The notes beneath the pieces were generated by a model. That model was not told the origin of the DNA, did not search any database, and saw only the letters and a list, made by a program, of their open reading frames with translations. A stretch of DNA of 64,000 nucleotides from Negaprion brevirostris (lineage: Eukaryota): the NCBI GenBank assembly GCA_030324005.1, contig JARDVH010000097.1:66970534-67034533 (forward strand), read 5' to 3'. Position 1 is the stretch's first letter. Each line of letters begins with the position of its first letter. Below, one piece after another: positions 63,701 through 64,000 of this stretch. A program made the position numbers and the translations under genes.

Positions 63701-63781
63701 GATAAAGGACGGTCTGGGAGGCGTGTGGGCATTTGTTCTTCGTGATGTCATCTACAGTCTGATCCATCACATCAATAGCTG
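15640..63781 (+). CDS. ATM: ATM serine/threonine kinase, multi-exon, N-terminal part (TAN domain and HEAT repeats); continues beyond window
   Basis: 28 exons translate to a protein collinear with recalled human ATM, from [24 protein letters not shown] to [22 protein letters not shown]. Introns are GT-AG, phases are consistent and most exon lengths equal the human ones. Confidence 0.98.
16125..16237 (+). CDS. ATM: ATM exon 3
   Basis: [38 protein letters not shown], 113 nt. Confidence 0.95.
17133..17278 (+). CDS. ATM: ATM exon 4
   Basis: [48 protein letters not shown], 146 nt. Confidence 0.95.
17285..17510 (+). mobile_element. tRNA-derived SINE starting just after the ATM exon 4 donor
   Basis: ggggaggcaatgg...ggactagtaatccagagacccagggtttgaatcccacc head; a related partial copy lies at about 5810-5900. 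Confidence 0.7.
18355..18845 (-). mobile_element. LINE 3' fragment (related copy at 27935-28910, interrupted)
   Basis: Both loci share gttaggaaagaagttccagga...gacccagcaa...tgaagga...ttccaagtcag. Confidence 0.65.
20586..20750 (+). CDS. ATM: ATM exon 5
   Basis: [18 protein letters not shown]...[21 protein letters not shown], 165 nt. Confidence 0.95.
21085..21680 (+). mobile_element. CR1 LINE 3' fragment
   Basis: [26 protein letters not shown]...TRGHRFKV...[11 protein letters not shown], the CR1 ORF2 C-terminus followed by its 3' UTR. Confidence 0.9.
21890..22130 (-). mobile_element. Young CR1 LINE 3' end spanning an N gap
   Basis: aacataagaacataagaaataggagcaggagtaggcc tail, with [13 protein letters not shown] on the other side of the gap. 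Confidence 0.8.
22525..22690 (+). CDS. ATM: ATM exon 6
   Basis: [55 protein letters not shown], 166 nt. Confidence 0.95.
22990..23710 (+). mobile_element. PIF/Harbinger-like DNA transposon fragment
   Basis: It starts with the TIR-like gggctgtattttccc. 23580-23690 translates to [27 protein letters not shown], resembling the N-terminus of Harbinger transposases. Confidence 0.55.
24170..27493 (-). mobile_element. Decayed Gypsy/Ty3 LTR retrotransposon (gag, protease, RT, RNase H, integrase zinc finger) with a probable 5' LTR at about 27286-27493
   Basis: Fragments include gag ([16 protein letters not shown]), protease ([12 protein letters not shown]), RT ([10 protein letters not shown]...[17 protein letters not shown]), RNase H (RLQRWSLIL) and integrase HHCC (LHEGHP...[16 protein letters not shown]), with frameshifts, stops and deletions. 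The LTR-like segment has TGT...ACA ends and a minus-strand AATAAA. Confidence 0.9.
25189..25448 (+). mobile_element. HE1/V-SINE-type shark SINE (5'-truncated) inserted into the Gypsy RT
   Basis: Core gtgggtttcctccggatactccggtttcctcccacagtccaaagatgtg with a CR1-like tail ending ttctatgattctatgatt; it splits the RT reading frame. Confidence 0.85.
27621..27859 (+). CDS. ATM: ATM exon 7
   Basis: [20 protein letters not shown]...[11 protein letters not shown], 239 nt. Confidence 0.95.
29288..29457 (+). CDS. ATM: ATM exon 8
   Basis: [17 protein letters not shown]...[29 protein letters not shown]. Confidence 0.95.
29717..29886 (+). CDS. ATM: ATM exon 9
   Basis: [10 protein letters not shown]...[30 protein letters not shown]; includes the basic NLS-like motif. 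Confidence 0.95.
30809..31180 (+). CDS. ATM: ATM exon 10
   Basis: [20 protein letters not shown]...[13 protein letters not shown], 372 nt. Confidence 0.95.
31612..31820 (+). mobile_element. tRNA-head SINE family (second copy at 52065-52270, minus strand)
   Basis: The two copies share cttctcaaccttgcccctca..tgag...aggttaaa.caccatcagtc...aggggagag.agcct. Confidence 0.7.
32115..32312 (+). CDS. ATM: ATM exon 11
   Basis: [21 protein letters not shown]...[28 protein letters not shown]; the weak aag acceptor is inferred from reading frame. Confidence 0.85.
32488..32785 (-). mobile_element. HE1/V-SINE-type SINE
   Basis: Same family in reverse orientation. Confidence 0.85.
33475..33775 (+). mobile_element. 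V-SINE with an alternative 3' tail
   Basis: Same head and core, but the tail is ttttcacagtaaattcattgcaatgttaatgtaagcctatttgtgattaataaa; a sister copy lies at 59068-59357. Confidence 0.8.
33851..33979. mobile_element. Short palindromic MITE
   Basis: TIRs ggcataattttccagcc / ggctggaaaatccctgcc with central hairpin ccaaaagtc-agta-gacttttgg. Confidence 0.7.
34318..35360 (-). mobile_element. CR1 LINE spanning an N gap
   Basis: CR1 tail at left and the RT motif [17 protein letters not shown] at right. Confidence 0.8.
36008..36106 (+). CDS. ATM: ATM exon 12
   Basis: [32 protein letters not shown]; resembles human [26 protein letters not shown]. Confidence 0.9.
   Translation, partial: RFSKSACFSNFGGFDAEGLPSRSGFLSLIFVR
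37220..37376 (+). CDS. ATM: ATM exon 13, 3' part only (5' end in N gap)
   Basis: [10 protein letters not shown]...[20 protein letters not shown], donor gtaagt; matches human LQTTFD. Confidence 0.88.
37875..38130 (-). mobile_element. CR1 LINE 3' fragment
   Basis: acataagaaatagttggagtaggccattcagccc tail and gaattccacagattcaccaccctct. Confidence 0.75.
39013..39138 (+). CDS. ATM: ATM exon 14
   Basis: [42 protein letters not shown], 126 nt. Confidence 0.95.
40482..40607 (+). CDS. ATM: ATM exon 15
   Basis: [42 protein letters not shown], 126 nt. Confidence 0.93.
41419..41508 (+). CDS. ATM: ATM exon 16
   Basis: [30 protein letters not shown], 90 nt. Confidence 0.93.
42120..42297. repeat. Fold-back repeat of the ctctccacagatgctgccagacctgctga family (other copies at about 5930, 6630, 15140, 35820, 43020)
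   Basis: The left arm ggaaaagctcag...gacagcatttgtggaga pairs with the right arm tctccacagacgctgtcagacctgctgagattttcc. Confidence 0.65.
43410..43563 (+). CDS. ATM: ATM exon 17
   Basis: [21 protein letters not shown]...DSSDSLVGT, a poorly conserved acidic loop with phase 0 to 1 and a gtaaga donor. Confidence 0.88.
43756..43955 (+). CDS. ATM: ATM exon 18
   Basis: [25 protein letters not shown]...[11 protein letters not shown]...KSLHLHM, 200 nt. Confidence 0.95.
45097..45179 (+). CDS. ATM: ATM exon 19
   Basis: [27 protein letters not shown], 83 nt. Confidence 0.95.
45944..46090 (+). CDS. ATM: ATM exon 20
   Basis: [21 protein letters not shown]...[14 protein letters not shown]. Confidence 0.93.
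46250..46325 (+). CDS. ATM: ATM exon 21
   Basis: [25 protein letters not shown], 76 nt. Confidence 0.95.
46500..47340 (+). mobile_element. RTE-clade LINE 3' fragment
   Basis: [21 protein letters not shown]..., [10 protein letters not shown] and W..AVRKG motifs. Confidence 0.8.
47668..47798 (+). CDS. ATM: ATM exon 22
   Basis: [44 protein letters not shown], 131 nt. Confidence 0.95.
48978..49671. mobile_element. Non-autonomous TIR (MITE/Harbinger-like) element
   Basis: Ends ggagctgattctccc and gggagaattgcccc are imperfect inverted repeats, and the L2 reading resumes across the element. Confidence 0.65.
49793..50104 (+). pseudogene. H4: Histone H4 copy with an intact 103-codon frame but decayed sequence, in ATM intron 22
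   Basis: [43 protein letters not shown]...TLYGFGG has 16 substitutions relative to canonical H4, half of them CpG-type. No 3' stem-loop or promoter is visible, and both flanks are L2 sequence. Confidence 0.88.
50858..50978 (+). CDS. ATM: ATM exon 23
   Basis: [40 protein letters not shown]. Confidence 0.93.
51109..51465 (+). pseudogene. RNU2: U2 snRNA-derived copy interrupted by an insert of about 170 nt (about 51147-51317)
   Basis: The 5' part cggctttttggctaagat matches U2 nt ~10-27. The 3' part gttcttatcagtttaaaatctgacacg...gggagatggaataggggcttgctc...gcagtatctccgggaacagtgcatccc matches U2 from nt ~42 to the end. The Sm site is mutated to gatctttgg. Confidence 0.9.
52065..52270 (-). mobile_element. 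tRNA-head SINE, same family as 31612-31820
   Basis: Reverse-complement similarity to 31612-31820. Confidence 0.7.
54038..54202 (+). CDS. ATM: ATM exon 24
   Basis: [55 protein letters not shown]. Confidence 0.95.
55140..55530 (-). mobile_element. RTE-like LINE fragment
   Basis: [17 protein letters not shown] and NYRSI-type RT N-terminal motifs. Confidence 0.55.
55822..55991 (+). CDS. ATM: ATM exon 25
   Basis: [30 protein letters not shown]...[16 protein letters not shown], 170 nt. Confidence 0.95.
57993..58245 (+). CDS. ATM: ATM exon 26
   Basis: [23 protein letters not shown]...[24 protein letters not shown]. Confidence 0.95.
59068..59357 (-). mobile_element. V-SINE with an alternative 3' tail
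   Basis: Reverse-complement homolog of 33475-33775. Confidence 0.8.
59910..60028 (+). CDS. ATM: ATM exon 27 (acceptor apparently shifted 3 nt upstream)
   Basis: [40 protein letters not shown]; the only nearby in-frame AG is aaag at 59909. Confidence 0.9.
61383..61509 (+). CDS. ATM: ATM exon 28
   Basis: [42 protein letters not shown], 127 nt; retains the proline-rich c-Abl-binding motif. Confidence 0.95.
62000..63530 (+). mobile_element. Decayed CR1 LINE 5' fragment (ORF1 esterase-like region and APE endonuclease)
   Basis: Degenerate motifs LYLNA.SI (62946), ITET* (63025), VYRPPN (63225), IM.DFN (63310), AILDLVMCN (63435) and NMIEF (63505). Confidence 0.8.
63582..63781 (+). CDS. ATM: ATM exon 29
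   Basis: [17 protein letters not shown]...[23 protein letters not shown], 200 nt. Confidence 0.95.
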
Positions 63782-64000
63782 GTCAGTCTTTCATCTTCTT
63801 ATTCTTTTGAAGGTTCAATTATATTTAAGATTTATTCTCTATTTGACCAAGTAAAGTCTGCATACGGACTCCAATTGCTCCACAGACCCAAATATTTACC
63901 CCAATGCCTTCAGTTAGACATTGGGCCGAATCTTCTGTGAAGTGGCTGTCACTGTCAGATTGCCACTCCGTTCCTATTTTCCTGCCTTAGACTGGAGCTC

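Noticed and set aside
1-64000. CRISPR arrays, tRNA or rRNA genes, prokaryotic systems
   Set aside because: This is an intron-rich eukaryotic locus. The tRNA-like segments are SINE heads and no regular repeat-spacer array was seen.

Overview
Vertebrate genomic DNA, most likely a shark or other elasmobranch judging by its SINE/CR1/L2 repeats, containing the head-to-head NPAT-ATM gene pair. NPAT (minus strand) has coding exons 1-6 at 9565..353 and runs off the left edge. ATM (plus strand) has 28 coding exons (human exons 2-29) at 15640..63781 and runs off the right edge; the start of exon 13 falls in an N gap. A CpG-rich bidirectional promoter at about 9.45-10.05 kb carries a divergent pair of ZNF143-like motifs. 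The introns are full of SINEs, LINE fragments, a decayed Gypsy element, Harbinger/MITE-like elements and solo-LTR-like pieces. Two inserts stand out. (1) A U2 snRNA copy at about 51.1-51.5 kb is split at its branch-point-recognition region by a roughly 170-nt non-coding cassette with tandem hairpins and an A-rich tail, which looks like a non-autonomous U2-targeting retroelement. (2) A full-length, open but decaying histone H4 ORF at 49793-50104 sits inside an L2 fossil. All homology calls come from manual translation and recalled reference sequences, not database searches. Repeat boundaries are approximate.
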